A DNA stretch of 64,000 nt from Octopus sinensis (GCF_006345805.1 NC_043002.1:102238001-102302000), one strand, 5' to 3'. Shown: positions 11,324 to 25,511, counted from the stretch's first letter. Made by a program: numbers and translations. The notes: a model not told the origin generated them from the letters alone.

Positions 11324-13100
11324 ATGGTGTATGCTAGCGAAAATTAGTGCATACGATAGTCCATGGAATAATTCGATAAATTCAAAGACATCCACCATGA
11401 ATTTCACAAATGAAATAAAGCATCGAATTTTACATTCTTCAGTCCTCACGGCAGCTCTTGTGATCTAAATTATTATGGGCCACAACCATCAACATTTTCC
11501 GCGTCATCGTAATATTTCTGTATTTCAGATCTATCTCATCCAACTTAATATAGATGATGAGGAATTCCATAAATATTTGAGATTATAACATTCAAAGAAC
11601 AATACTGACAAGTGATTGTATTGACATAAAATTATTCAGTCTGTTATATTCGTTTTCCTATTCACCGTTTTACTACACCACTGTTTCTATATTTCTCTAT
11701 TTTCCCACATTTTAATTTATTGGCAAAATACGAAATAAATTAATTATTCTTTTAAAGGAATAGGACATTAGATCGTATTTTTAACTGAAAATTTCCCCCA
11801 TAATTCTGATTTATAGATGACTTTTTTTCTATGAAACAAAAATATTAGTTTTACTTCATGAATATTAAATCAGGAATCTTCCTAATCGAACTTTTCGCTG
11901 ATGATGTTTTCGAATAATAATTTATACTGACTCGAGCCTAGACAGTAAAATATATATAACGAGTCTAAGATGTATTTATTTATTTGTAACGATACTATTG
12001 AATATATTCTCCTGATGCTAAACACCGAATTCGGTTGCTTCAACGGGTGATTTATTAAAATTTTAAAAATTTCTCGATCAAACAATCTTGGAATGTCTAC
12101 AGTTTTCAATCTGTTGGTGTCATTTGCATCCATTAAATCGCAATTGCTGTTTTCTTTAATCGTCAAATAAATGTCACAGTATTTTCACTGTCACTGCGTC
12201 GATGTTAAAATGTTACAAATTGCAAAACTATAATTATTGTGCCGACAAATTTCTAATGAAATGACCGAAGTAATTATATTTGGGTATAAATTCTCTGCAT
12301 ACACGGAACGGACATAAACATTAAATCTTTTAGTGGTTTGTGTTGTTGTTGCTGTTTGGCTTCTTCCTCCTCCTACACCTTTCTGCTTTCAATCTTCTTC
12401 CTCCTCCTTCCGATTTTTCCTTCTTTGCTTCCTATCTTCCTAATCCCCCTCTTTATTCTTCTTCCTCCTCTTACTCCTTCCTCCTTTTCACCCTCCTCTA
12501 CCTACTCATCCTTCCACTTCTTATTCTTCACCTCCTATCCTCATCTCTCCTCTTACTTCTTTATCCTTTCCTTCTTCACCTCCTCCCATCTGTTAATTGT
12601 GTGCTTCCTCATTCTCCTAATCTCTCCTTCCCTCTCCCTTCTATTCACCACGATAATTGTTTGGGGATCGGAAGTGGGGAGGGAATGTTATTCTTGTTTC
12701 AGTCATTTGGCTATACTGGAGCATCGCCACTTTGAGGAATAATATGGTTGTCGCTTCTAGAATGTCGAATTGCCTCTAACAGCGCAGTCTCCGGCATAAT
12801 ATACAGAACGAAAGAAGGTGGATCTGTAACCACAAAATTCTCTACATAATCTTTAGCACCATTATGGCTGTCCAGCATTAATGCTGTTCAGACAGATTGA
12901 GCAAAATTCCTTAATCGATGTTAACTTGAAGACTGGTAAAGATACGTTCCGAAAGATTGCACGCAGTGGGACAGTACCCGAAACCGCTTGGCTGCAAAGC
13001 GAGCATTTTGAGCACACAACATTGCATATATGTATGTATATATATATATAAATGTATATATGTATGTGTATATATAAACACATACGTACATGTGTGTGTG

Positions 13101-13154
<54 letters not shown>

Positions 13155-13161
<7 letters not shown>

Positions 13162-13325
13162 AAAGTTTACGAAAAAAAACAAAAGACGAAGACAGGTGGT
13201 GTACAAAACAAACAGATGTATTAGTATAGCGCTCAGGAATAGAAAAGTCTTTTACGTTTCGAGCGTACGCTCTTCTACAGAAAGGAACACAGAAAAAAAA
13301 CAAGGAGAGAAAAAAATGTCTGTAG
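13155..13325 (-). repeat. Short repeat with GAGC-N4-GCTC-GAAAC motif ending in (TA)n (Penelope-terminus-like)
   Basis: Minus strand CTGTAGAAGAGCGTACGCTCGAAACGTAAAAGAC; a related copy reads CTGTTGAAGAGCTTATGCTCGAAACATAAAAGAT at 35727 (+). Confidence 0.6.
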
Positions 13326-13338
13326 TGACTAAAGATCT

Positions 13339-13374
<36 letters not shown>

Positions 13375-13410
13375 TATACATGTATATATTCAACGTTTAC
13401 ACACACACAC

Positions 13411-13463
<53 letters not shown>

Positions 13464-13719
13464 TATAGATAGATAGATAGATACACTCACATATATACAT
13501 CTGTGTGTGTGTAGTAAAAAGAAGGACAATGCACAGAATGTACATATGTTTTAAAGAGTTAACACCAGGTTGCTGCTTATATTAGTATGGTCAACCGATT
13601 GTTGCTAATTTTCATGACATAACAATATCGAAAATTAGACATGTGTTCATACTCTGGTGCGATTTCTATTCTTTTTTATATGTATATTCCCTTTATTTAA
13701 TCATCGTTGTATAGAAATT

Positions 13720-13995
13720 CTTACTTCGTGTTGATAAATCGGAAAAAAAAAACCCAGTGAAATTTGGAGATTCTCCATACATCTTTGCTTTCGTTTAATA
13801 GTATGTCTCTATAACTTGGGAAGCGCATCGGTTCCTTATGAAGTGCATTCTCCGTCTGAGAGACGTCTTTATTTGACATATATAGTTGAGGCCACAACCT
13901 GAACAAGTTATCACGTGATTTACATTTTTGGTTTCACAGGCGAAACCAATCTTAATTATGAACCTCTGTCCATGTTTGAAATGGAATTTTGAACA
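13720..13995 (-). mobile_element. Decayed Penelope-like element GIY-YIG endonuclease fragment
   Basis: FIIKIGFACETKNVNHVITCSGCGLNYICQIKTSLRRRM matches the PLE pattern F-C-x-x-x-NV-(I)Y-x-I-x-C-x-x-C-x-x-x-YIG-Q-T-x-x-x-L-x-x-R. Confidence 0.7.
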
Positions 13996-14304
13996 CACAA
14001 ACAGACACACACACGCACGCACCCTCCTCACACGTGAGTTAGATAAATATATATAGAGAGAGATACCGATAATTGTTAACAATTTATGCATGAAAGCAAT
14101 CTAACGTGAGGAATCACACAATAAATTGTTGTAAGGTGCATATTAATCAATCCTTTACGAGGAAATGTTGGGTGGGGAATTCCAAAATTCGTTTTACCAA
14201 CCGCCATCATAACTTGCAGGGTGGCAACATCCCAAACCTAAAACGATGCAAGGCGCAATGTGACAAGCGATGTACAACAACATCCGATAGTCTGGTTGAT
14301 CGCC

Positions 14305-14373
<69 letters not shown>

Positions 14374-14670
14374 CATATGTCATTAACATGGAATTAGTAT
14401 ACACGTTAGTTCAGTAAAAATCTGTGCAATTCGTTAATTCTTATATCCGCGTGTGTTTGTCTTTGTGTCTGTGTCTAGTCATAGATTAATCAGCCGAAAT
14501 TGCGAGGATGATCCGGTTCTTGACTGAATATTAAAGGCGTCGAATGACCCGTCCGTGTTTTTTGTATCGTCTACCTGGATGTTTTGCGTTCTTGTCCCAT
14601 TTTGTATCTGTATATATATATATATATATTTAAAAAAGGAGATGTGGAACACGAGTTGTGATATATAAAA

Positions 14671-14982
14671 AAAGGAAATAAAATAAATGCTGACAAAATA
14701 ATTTAAGTAAGGGAGAGTGTATTTAATTAGGTGAAAGTTCTTTTTACCGGTTGCGCATTTGTTATGCTTATCAAAAGATATTTTTTTAAGAGTGATAGAG
14801 TTCCCTCTGATTTTTTTCTCTTATAAGAGAAAAAAAATCTATCAGAAAGGAACTCTATCTCTCTTAAGACAATATCTTTTGATAAGCATAACAAATGCGC
14901 AACCGGTAAAAAGAACTTTCACCTAATTAAATACACTCCCCCGTACTAAAATTATTTTGTCAGCATTTTCTTCATTTCCTTT
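14671..14982. mobile_element. Spacerless ~312-bp palindromic (foldback) element in TA context
   Basis: Arms mirror around CTCTTA|TAAGAG (14823/14824), e.g. TACCGGTTGCGCATTTGTTATGCTTATCAAAAGATAT versus ATATCTTTTGATAAGCATAACAAATGCGCAACCGGTA. Confidence 0.9.
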
Positions 14983-15874
14983 ATATATATATATATATTA
15001 GGCAGTGAGAAAATATTCACAAATAAACCTCAAACCAAGAATCCGAAGAATGTTTTAGTAGTTTTCACTGTTCTGCTAATCGAATTTATTTTCAGAATGC
15101 GAATCATTTTGGGTTTCATGGAAATTCGTTGTTTCATTTAAAATAATTGGTAAAAATGAAAATTTACGACTAGGATACTAAGCGCAGTAAGTTCTTCATT
15201 AGTTCTCAATAGATATTTTTCCATTGTATATTTATTTTTTTACGCATCTACATCGATTGGCTTGTTGATCTCTACTTTACGGCATAATATCTGTTCTCTG
15301 TCCCATACGAAAACATCTGGCTTGTGCTGCTTCTTCTAGTATGGTGTATCAATTGATGTCAATTTTTAAACGTGTGAATAACTTCTTATTCTAGTGTGTT
15401 GCTTATATTGCGATGAGAAAAATATGCTCCTGTGGATTGCATCGTAAGTGTGTTTTTGGAAACAATGATATATCTCACGGGAGTATCTTGCAGGTATTTT
15501 AAGGCAGCACTTGATTATGTGGGTGATAGTATATAAGCTCACGCGGCAGATACAGCATTTTTGAATTTTATTGTAAAAGTACGTATTTTTAAATATATTT
15601 ATATTTTCTTACTTATTTGTATATTTTATTCTTTTTATCTTGGACATAAAGTGTGACTATATTTAAATTGAATTGATTTTACTGTTATCAGTTTAAAAAT
15701 ATAGCCACGAAACACGTGTAGTCTTTTTACCAATTATATGCCATTTATTTATTATTTTGTACTTTACTCAATTAGTAGTATATGTTTTATCGTATATTTA
15801 ATGTTTTCTATGTGGTATAATTTAATTATATCATTATTTCATTGTTGAACTGCTACATAGTGGTTCTTCTCTAA

Positions 15875-15945
<71 letters not shown>

Positions 15946-16466
15946 CAATATATGTGCGTGCACGTGTACTATAGATACATACAAATCTATTTATCTACGT
16001 GTGAGTTTGTGATTATGCTAAGGCATAGCGGTATAAGCTGGTGTAGAACCCCGTATATACGTCTAAGAATGAAGCGTCAGACGAATACCGAGTGTAATAA
16101 GAGATTAAATAAACGATAGGGAAGCAGGAATCAACTGCATTAGCTTGCAGCTGTTTCTGCTATTAGATGCAATGCGTTCAGACATGTGTGATTGCGCATC
16201 ACTTTATAGCTCCTTCGTAGTTTCTAAATTAAATTGGTTTCATTTGAAAACTTCCGACGGATATATAAGGTAATTTACATTACATTTCCTTCATACATAC
16301 ATACATACATACATACATACATACACCTGTATATGTGTGTGTGTATGCATGAATGTATATGTATTGATCCATAAATACAAGGAGATACGCGCATATAAAT
16401 ATACTATAAATATACATAAACAGCCATATACATCTTTCTATCTATCTATGTATCTATCTATCTATC

Positions 16467-16543
<77 letters not shown>

Positions 16544-16870
16544 TAACATACACCCATAAGCTCTTCTAAGCAAATATAGATGCTTTGATATAGATGCAAA
16601 TGCCATAAAAAATAAAACAGAATGTGTACTTAATCAGGAAATATTATTTGATTACAGACATAAATTCTATCATAAAGCGTGCCAATCCAAATATAAAACT
16701 CTGTTGGTAAATATGTACTTAATAATGAGAGGAAAATGCAAATATGGATATGTTTAAAGAATAGAAGAAAATATTGATGCTATTAGAAACCAAAGTGGAA
16801 TGCAAATGTATCTCATGCATGAACAAAGAAGGTGATGCTTAAATGACAGAGCCAATGGGTATTCTAACTC

Positions 16871-17103
16871 AAGGCGGCGAGCTGGCAGAAACGTTAGCAC
16901 GCCGGGCGAAATGCGTAGCCGTATTTCGTCAGCCGCTACGTTCTGAGTTCAAATTCCGCCGAGGTCGACTTTGCCTTTCATCCTTTCGAGGTCGATTAAA
17001 TAAGTACCAGTTACACACTGGGGTCGATATAATCGACTTAATCCGTTTGTCTGTCCTTGTTCGTTCCCTCTGTGTTTAGCCTCTTGTGGGTAGTAAAGAA
17101 ATA
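16871..17103 (+). mobile_element. tRNA-derived SINE, family 1, with 13-bp TSD (1 mismatch)
   Basis: GGCGGCGAGCTGGCAGAAACGTTAGC...GAGTTCAAATTCC...AGTAAAGAAATA; GGTATTCTAACTC 16858-16870 and GGTATTCTAATTC 17104-17116. Confidence 0.92.
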
Positions 17104-17319
17104 GGTATTCTAATTCGTAGAGTAACATAAGAAATGGAAGATATTTAAGGGGGCGAGATGGCAACACTGAAATATGATGATAAATTATTTAAGTCGGAAA
17201 CCAGAAATATATGTAGGGTGCTCTCATTTGAATGGGTGTGTATTTGTGAGAAACATCTTCAGCAACAACACCGCCTTATGTCTGAAAAGTCTAGAAGAAT
17301 AAATGAATATATATAAGTC

Positions 17320-17490
17320 TCTGAGCGAGGTATGAACAGTAGCTGCACGGTATCGTGAAGTATATTTGTCACATAAATGTGGCTAACCACTAAGGGTGGA
17401 TGCTACTGTAGCTTGTAGCCCCAGGAAGACATCTCCTCAAGCTGGCTATTGACATACTCTCTGTGCCCCATTAGATATGTTTCGAGAATT
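17320..17490 (+). repeat. Solo copy of the arm of the 24175-24603 inverted-repeat element
   Basis: TAGCTTGTAGCC.CAGGAAGACATCTCCTC.AG.TGGCTATTG is shared with 24247-24290. Confidence 0.7.
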
Positions 17491-17586
17491 TCTAAAGCCG
17501 ACAGGAGACGTCGATGTTTCCTAGGGCTAAATGGCGGTGGTGTAATTCCCTTACGGTGCTGTCACATTGAGTTGACGGTATACGAC

Positions 17587-17630
<44 letters not shown>

Positions 17631-17689
17631 TATGAGTGTAATTATAATTGCTGTCTGGAAGATTTTCTTATAGTAGTGAAACAGTTAGT

Positions 17690-17860
17690 TTTAACTGCTA
17701 TTTCTAAATTTCGGTATGTGGTGAAGCAAATTTTTGCTGAACCCTAATTATAATTATACTCATAATTATAGAATTTTTATATCAGTTTACCGATAATTGT
17801 TCTTTCAACACAATGAATTACTTGGTAAAATTATTAATCATTAATTAATTAATTTATCTT
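17690..17860 (+). repeat. Diverged partial copy of the 603-bp hammerhead repeat family
   Basis: ACTGCTATTTCTAAATTTCGGTATGTGGTGAAGCAA matches ACTGCTATTTCTAAATTCGGTATGTGGTAAGGCAA in the tandem unit. Confidence 0.7.
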
Positions 17861-17996
17861 ATCCTTTATTATTATCATTATATATATACATACATACATT
17901 TATGTTGGTAATTTGTCCCGTACTTATCTCTCGTCTGTATTTTTCACTCGCTGGTGCTGTCCAATATTTGATGTGTTTTATATGTATTCATACATA

Positions 17997-18027
<31 letters not shown>

Positions 18028-18373
18028 GTGTGTGTGTGTGCGCGCGCTTATATACTAATTGGTTATTTACTTTTGGTGACTCTAATTATCTTTTACACTG
18101 CTTCCTTCAAATGACTTTACCTCCTCTCTGTTTCTCTCCATTTTTTAAAATTTGTTTATTTCTTGAATTTTTCATTATATATATATATATATATATATAC
18201 AAACATAAAAGACGTTGTAATCGAATTCCAAACACAATCACAAATCGATTACAACAGTCAAAATATACTTTTTCTGTGCTTGTTAGCTGCATAATTTGAG
18301 CATTAGTTTCCAAGCGTCCACCTCGGGCTAAATGAGTTGTATTATTTTCAACAAGAAACGCAGATTAAGAATA

Positions 18374-18476
<103 letters not shown>

Positions 18477-18936
18477 CACAAAAGCAATAAATACAACAAC
18501 GGCGGCAGCAGTAGTCGTCGTTCGGAAATTTCTTAATGTCTGGCAGAAATAATTTTGAATTTTGATAGCTTAATGGAAAAACTGGAACTATGGTGACATA
18601 GTTGTGTACGTATGAGAGTATGTTGGGTAATGTGTACACGTGTGTGTGTGTGTGTGTGTGTGTATGATTTGCTACACGTTTGTGTGGTGTATCATAATGT
18701 GCGTATGTGTGTGTAGTAATATGTAGCTGTGAAAGAAAGTGCGCGTTGGCGTTGTTACTATTGCTTGCGTTTGAATGTGTGGTTGTGCATGTTGCAGTTT
18801 TTCGTTTCTATTCGATAGCATCATATTGTGTGTATGTTAGAGAGATTAAGAGGGAAAAAAGACAAAGAGACAGTGGAAGACATAAAGAACATACAAGAGC
18901 TTGGGAATAAGAAGAACCAAGAGTGAGAGAGAGACA

Positions 18937-19044
<108 letters not shown>

Positions 19045-19788
19045 AACAAACAAAGAAGCAGGAGGACAGGCAGAAAGATATAGAAGAAGATTCGGTTGAG
19101 GACGCGTGTTAATTTGTATCTGTAAACTACGTGTGTGTACAAAACGGAAAAAGAGGCGGAAGCGGAGAAGCAGTAAACAGAAAAGAGTATGTGTCGTAGT
19201 GTGTGTATTTGCTTGTATGCGGGAGTGTGTGCGTGTATGTAAATCTGTGTGCTTGTGCTTTAGTCTGTGTATATGAGACACTTCAATCGATGGCAAATAA
19301 GATGGACATTCTATGAACAAATCAGCCATTATTTCTAAGTTGATGCTACAGAAATTAATATATTAATATAAAATAGCAGCAATTTATTAATACAGTTCAA
19401 CATAATTGCATGTAAACTTACGTTTTTCTCTCTCACTTATTCCATTTGCTTCACTCTCACCTCGTCGCTCTTCACATTTACATATAATTGTAACCAAATA
19501 TAGTTAGGGAGGTAGCAAACACCTACATTACTAGAAATAAGAGCTAAACCGTTCTAATGCTGTAGTAAACGCACATGAATGAAAACATATACACTAACAA
19601 GGACCATAATTGTCCGATAAATGCCAATCGAGAATTATTAATACTGACATCAGTTTCGTCAGCATCTTTTGCTTCGTCAGTTTAAGCCGTCGCATTGTTC
19701 GGCTCTTTTAGGACCCGTTTCGTTATTACTATTATTGTTTTCGTGATCCAGATTATTGGATGGTTTAGCCATTCGCTATTGGATATGG

Positions 19789-19852
<64 letters not shown>

Positions 19853-20069
19853 ATTAATATAAACAGAGGATACATACTCCACCAAAACGAGAATTATAAC
19901 TCACTAAATATGATGAGTGTGATAGGAAACACTTATGTTTGTAATAAATATATATATATACACATTCGAAACGCGGAGTAGATGAAACAGAGACAACTAA
20001 AGAAGGGGGACATTCTTTATGTTGTATGTTTCGTTTCCCTGTTTTTTCGTTGTTTGAAAAAAAGTTGGT

Positions 20070-20493
20070 GTCTCTTTTCGGTTTGACCGGCAGGTTTTTA
20101 AAATAATTTCCACCTAACTAAACGTTTTTAAACTGGTATATTGGTAGAATGTGTTTATAAAACATCTTGGTCTCTTGGCTTTATTGAGGAAATTCTATAG
20201 TTTGTAAGATATTTGTTTTCTTTTTCTTCAATTTCTGCAATTTCAACCAACAATGACGTCTATTGAGGTGAAAACAGTCTGTGCCTTATGAATATGTCCC
20301 TCGTTTAAGAAAAAGATTGGGTTTATTTACATTTCTGAAGAAAAAAAAGATACACTTACCCCTAACTAACCCTAACTCTAGCCTTAACCCTAAAACAGAT
20401 TCACATTCAATAGATCGATACTAAGGTCATAATTATGGGTGACAATTTCATATGACATCGCTAGGAAAAACTGCCGTTCAAACCGAAAAATCC
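20070..20493 (-). mobile_element. hAT-type MITE (~424 bp, ~24-bp TIRs, 8-bp TSD)
   Basis: Ends GTCTCTTTTCGGTTTGACCGGCAG ... CTGCCGTTCAAACCGAAAAATCC; flanks AAGTTGGT/AAGCTGGT; reverse complement of 53693-54107. Confidence 0.8.
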
Positions 20494-20548
20494 AAGCTGG
20501 TTTCTATGTTTTTGTTTTAATGTTTACATCTTTCATTGTCTTCAACGT

Positions 20549-20648
20549 NNNNNNNNNNNNNNNNNNNNNNNNNNNNNNNNNNNNNNNNNNNNNNNNNNNN
20601 NNNNNNNNNNNNNNNNNNNNNNNNNNNNNNNNNNNNNNNNNNNNNNNN
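20549..20648. other. Assembly gap (100 N)
   Basis: Run of N. Confidence 1.
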
Positions 20649-21426
20649 AGACCTGTATTACTCTGAAACCCAAGCTGTTGCAGTATGGATCCTGTATTTT
20701 TATGGTGATGTTGGAATCTTTGGCACCATAGAGTAGTGCCCCGTTATGCGGTTGGGGTAAGTTTGAATGCCAAAGGTTTTGGACAAGACCCTTGGGGATT
20801 TTCCAGATGTATATCACCGCATATCTATCCCGCATTCGCTCTAGGGGAGAAGAGTTTAATACTTTCAATCTTACCCAGTAGCTGATATTTTGCATTGAGA
20901 CGATCTTCTTTGTGTAGCTCTTTGAATTGCTTCGAGTTCTGCTGTTAGTTTTATATTGTTGTGGTGACCATAGTTGGGAGCAGTAGTCCAAGCGTTGCTG
21001 AGGGACGAATGTTGCCAGAGGACCATCAGTGTCTCTTTCCCTCTTGTTGGAAAGTTCGGAGATCCATCCAGCTAACCGTCAGCATTTTATCACCAGATTA
21101 GTAATATGCACTTGGAAAGATGCATCATTGCTCATGTCAATACCCCGGTCACGCACTGATTATGACTCAGGGATTGCAATTCTTCCTGGGCCAATGTATC
21201 CAGTCTGCACGTCGTTTACCTTTGTGTGCCGGTAGCGCAGGGCCTGGAACTTACCTGCATTAGACTGCATGTTGTTGTCCTCCGCCCACCTGTATATTGT
21301 ATCCAACTCCTGTTGCAGATGCGCAATATCTTCAGGGTTTTGTATTGTGTGGGAAACTTTTGTGTCATCTGCATAGCTAGCGAGGGTGGCCATCGTAGTA
21401 ACTGAGGGCATGTCTGAAAGGGCCAT
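20649..21426 (-). mobile_element. Decayed CR1/L2-group LINE, reverse transcriptase C-terminal half
   Basis: LASYADDTKVSHTIQNPEDIAHLQQELDTIYRWAEDNNMQSNAGKF and LDYCSQLWSP...SYWVRLKVL...LERMRDRYAVIYIWKI; same family as 44100-44685. Confidence 0.88.
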
Positions 21427-21537
21427 ATGTATGTATTACTATGTTATGCATATGTATGTGTGTGTTTGATATATAATTATATATATATGTTCTCTATATA
21501 TTGTATGTTTATATGTTTGTATATATGTATATATATC

Positions 21538-21569
<32 letters not shown>

Positions 21570-23910
21570 CTATTATACATATATGTATATATGTATACAT
21601 ATATGTATATTGTATACATATATGTATATAGTTATATATTTGTATATGTATATATATTGTATATGTATATATGTATATATATGTGTATATGTATATATAA
21701 ATATGTATATATATGTATATATGTATATATATGTGTATATGTATATATATATATATATGGTATATGTATATTATATATATATATGTATATATATGTATAT
21801 ATGTAATATATGTATATATGTATATATATGTATATATGTATATATATGTTATATATGTATATATATGTGTATTGTAGATAATATATATATGTATATATAT
21901 GTATATATGTATATATATGTGTTATGTATATATATATATATATGTATATATATGTATATTATATAATATGTATATATTGTATTATATATATATATATATA
22001 TATTATGTATATATGTTATATTATGTGTATTATGTATATATATATGTAGATCTATATATATGTGTATATGTATATATAGTAGATCTATATATTATGTGTA
22101 TATGTATATATATATGTATTATGTATTTATATGTGTATATGTATGTATGTATATGTATATATATATGTATATATATATATGTGTATATGTATTTATATAT
22201 GTATATATATATGTGTATATGTATTTATATATGTATATATATATATGTGTATATGTATTTATATATGTATATATATATGTGTATATGTATTTATATATGT
22301 ATATATATATATGGTATATGTATTAATATGCTAGATATGTGTTGTATATATGTATTTATATATGTATATATATATGTGTATATGTATTTATATATGTATA
22401 TATTATATATATATGTATATATATATATGTATATATATATATATTATATATGTATATAATATAATAGTATATATATATATGTATATATATATATTATATG
22501 TATATATATCTATATTGTATATATATATATGATATATATATATGTATATATATATATGTATATATATATGTATATATATAATAGTATATATATATGTTAT
22601 AATATATATGTATATATATATGTATATATATATATGTATATATCTATATATAGGTATATATATATGTATATATATATGATAGTATATATATATGTATATA
22701 TATGTATATATATAGGTATATATATATATGTATATATATGTATATATATATGTATATATATATATAGGTATATATATATCGATATTATATATATGTATAT
22801 ATATATATATATGTATATATAATATATGTATATATATATATATGTATATATATATATGTATATCTGTATATATATGTGTATAGTATATATATGTGTATAT
22901 GTAATATATGTGTATATGTATAATATGTGTATATGTATATAGTGTATATGTATATATATAGTATATCTTATATATATTGTATATATATGTGTATATATGT
23001 ATATATATGTGTATATATATGTGTATTATATGTTATATATAGTATATAATGGTTATATATGATATATATATATGTGTATATATATTGTAATATATGTGTA
23101 TATAGTATGTATATATATATGGTATATATATGTATATCTATATGTATATATATGTGTATATGTGTATATATGTGTATAATGTATATATATATTTATATAT
23201 ATGTGTTATATATGTATATATATATATATGTGTATATGTGTATATATAGTGTATATATGATATTTATGTATTATATATGTGTATATATGTATATGAGTAT
23301 ATATATATATGATATATAGGGGATATATGTGTATATGTATATATATATGATATATGATGTATATATATATATATATAGATATATATATATATATATATAT
23401 ATATATGGATATATAGTATATATATATATATGGATATATATTTGTATAATATATATATATATATGTATATATGTAAGAGACCTGTATATATGTACATACA
23501 TATATGATATATGTATATATGTAAGCATGTAATATGTAAGCATGTAATATGTACATACATATATTATACTGTATATATGTAAGCATGTATAATGTACATA
23601 CAATATATATGTATATATGTAAGCATGTATAGTATGTATACACCATATATATGTATATATGTAAGCATGTATATATGTATATACACATATATATGTATAT
23701 ATGTAAGCATGTATATATGTACATACATATATATATGTATATATGTAAGCATGTATATATGTATATACACATATATATGTATATATGTATGTATATATAT
23801 ATGTATAGATGTAAGCATGTATATATGTATATACACATATATATGTATATATGTATGTATATACGTATGTATATATATATATATATATATATACGTATAT
23901 ATATATATAT
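21427..23910. repeat. ~2.5-kb degenerate (TA)n-derived array, with a ~42-bp GTAAGCATGTAT sub-array at ~23515-23830
   Basis: Read directly; source of the Y/I/M/C/V-only ORFs. Confidence 0.95.
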
Positions 23911-24174
23911 TCTTGCATTCTTCTACTTGCTGAAGTCACATCACTGCGATAACGCGGGGCACGGCCTTGCTGGTGGTCTTATCCGAAAAAATCGACCACA
24001 ACACATTTTTTGTAAGACTAGTGCTTCTTTTGCCGGCCCCTTTCGCTGAAGTACGAAGTTATGGGGACATAAGCGGTGATCGGATAACAAGCACAGACAC
24101 AAAACCGCCGCACATTCATGTATATACATTCAAATGTATGTGTATATATATATTTGTATAAGCAATAATAAATA

Positions 24175-24603
24175 TCTGGGCGAGGTATTATCAGTAGCTG
24201 TACGACACCGTGAAAATGTGTCTGCCTCTTATGGGTTGATGCTAATATAGCTTGTAGCCGCAGGAAGACATCTCCTCCAGTTGGCTATTGGCACACTGAC
24301 TGTGACCTATCAGTATTTGCAAAGGGAAGTCATCCTTCCCGTCTCCAACATGGCGTGATACACACAGAACTGGGTTTCTAGGTATTGACCCGTCATCAGG
24401 GTTGGCGATAGGAAGTGGCTCCCAATGCAAATATATATACTTTTTCCAGTGACAAAATGTCACTGATCTCGAAACATATCTGATAGGGTACAGAGAGTGT
24501 GTTAATAGCCAGCTGGAGGATATGTCTTCCTGGGGCTACAAGGTACATTAGCATCAACCCTTAAGTGTTAGCCACATTTAAGTGGCAAATATACTTCACG
24601 ATA
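24175..24603. mobile_element. Non-autonomous element with long imperfect inverted arms (24206-24312 / 24481-24603)
   Basis: CAGGAAGACATCTCCTCCAGTTGGCTATT versus AATAGCCAGCTGGAGGATATGTCTTCCTG. Confidence 0.75.
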
Positions 24604-25465
24604 TATATGTGTGTGTGTGTTCGTATATGCAAATATATTTATTTATATATATTTCTGTGTATGTAAATATATATATGTATATGTGTGTGTGTGTGTATAT
24701 ATATATATGTGTGTGTGTATATATATATATATATATGTGTATATATATAGTTAGGCATAAACTTACAGCATACGTAAAGGGAAGCTTATTCCTATGTATG
24801 TGTTTCTCAAGGCGCTCCTTTTTACGGTTGCATCGGTAAGTTTATAATGAAACAGGAACCTTTATATAATGACTCTGGCATATAGTCAAATCATTACAGA
24901 GTTCAGAGACGTTACAAACTAAGGCCCATCGCAAACATGTAATAAATTAGAGTCATTATGAGATTACTAAGAGAAAACCAGGTTAGTGGGAGATAAAATA
25001 ATAATGCCACTCTCCCTTTTGAATTCCAGTGAATGCCCATTAAATTGGTTTTATTAATATCCCGAATTTTACGCATAAAGACAGAAAATTTATACGAAGC
25101 CACCATACAACTGTAATAGTGTAGTGCAATTTGTATGTTACATGTAAGAGTTTGTGTAATCTACTTTCATTTGTAATTTGCTGCCAGGTAGTAAATGTAG
25201 GTAGAATGGGTTCGGTAGTTCCTGATATGGACAGGTGGATAAATAAGCGTGCGTATGCGCACATATCCATGTATATCTATTTCTCACTCTGCATCTGCCT
25301 CTTTTTCGCTCTCTTTGTGCCTTTGCATACATAAATACGTCTATATATATATATATATATAGAGAGAGAGATAGAGAGATTGATAGAAAAATAGATATAT
25401 ATGTATGTATATGTACATATATATATGCATATATATGTATGGAAGTATATACCTAGATGCGTTTT

Positions 25466-25511
<46 letters not shown>

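Noticed and set aside
12338-12742. 134-aa S/F/L-rich ORFs
   Set aside because: Translation of a (CTT/CCT)-rich low-complexity tract.
14515-14560. CTGAATA...CGAATGACCCGTC, hammerhead-like
   Set aside because: Two core positions deviate (CTGAATA, GAAT) and stems are unconvincing; treated as an ordinary repeat end, whose tail recurs at 1-40.
19640-19685. Minus-strand CTGACGA...GAAACTGATGTC, hammerhead-like
   Set aside because: Stem II does not close properly before GAAA and no stem I pairing exists.
20355-20395. Telomere-like CCCTAA/TTAGGG repeats (also ~53790-53815)
   Set aside because: Imperfect, only a few units, and internal to the hAT-type MITE; not a telomere.
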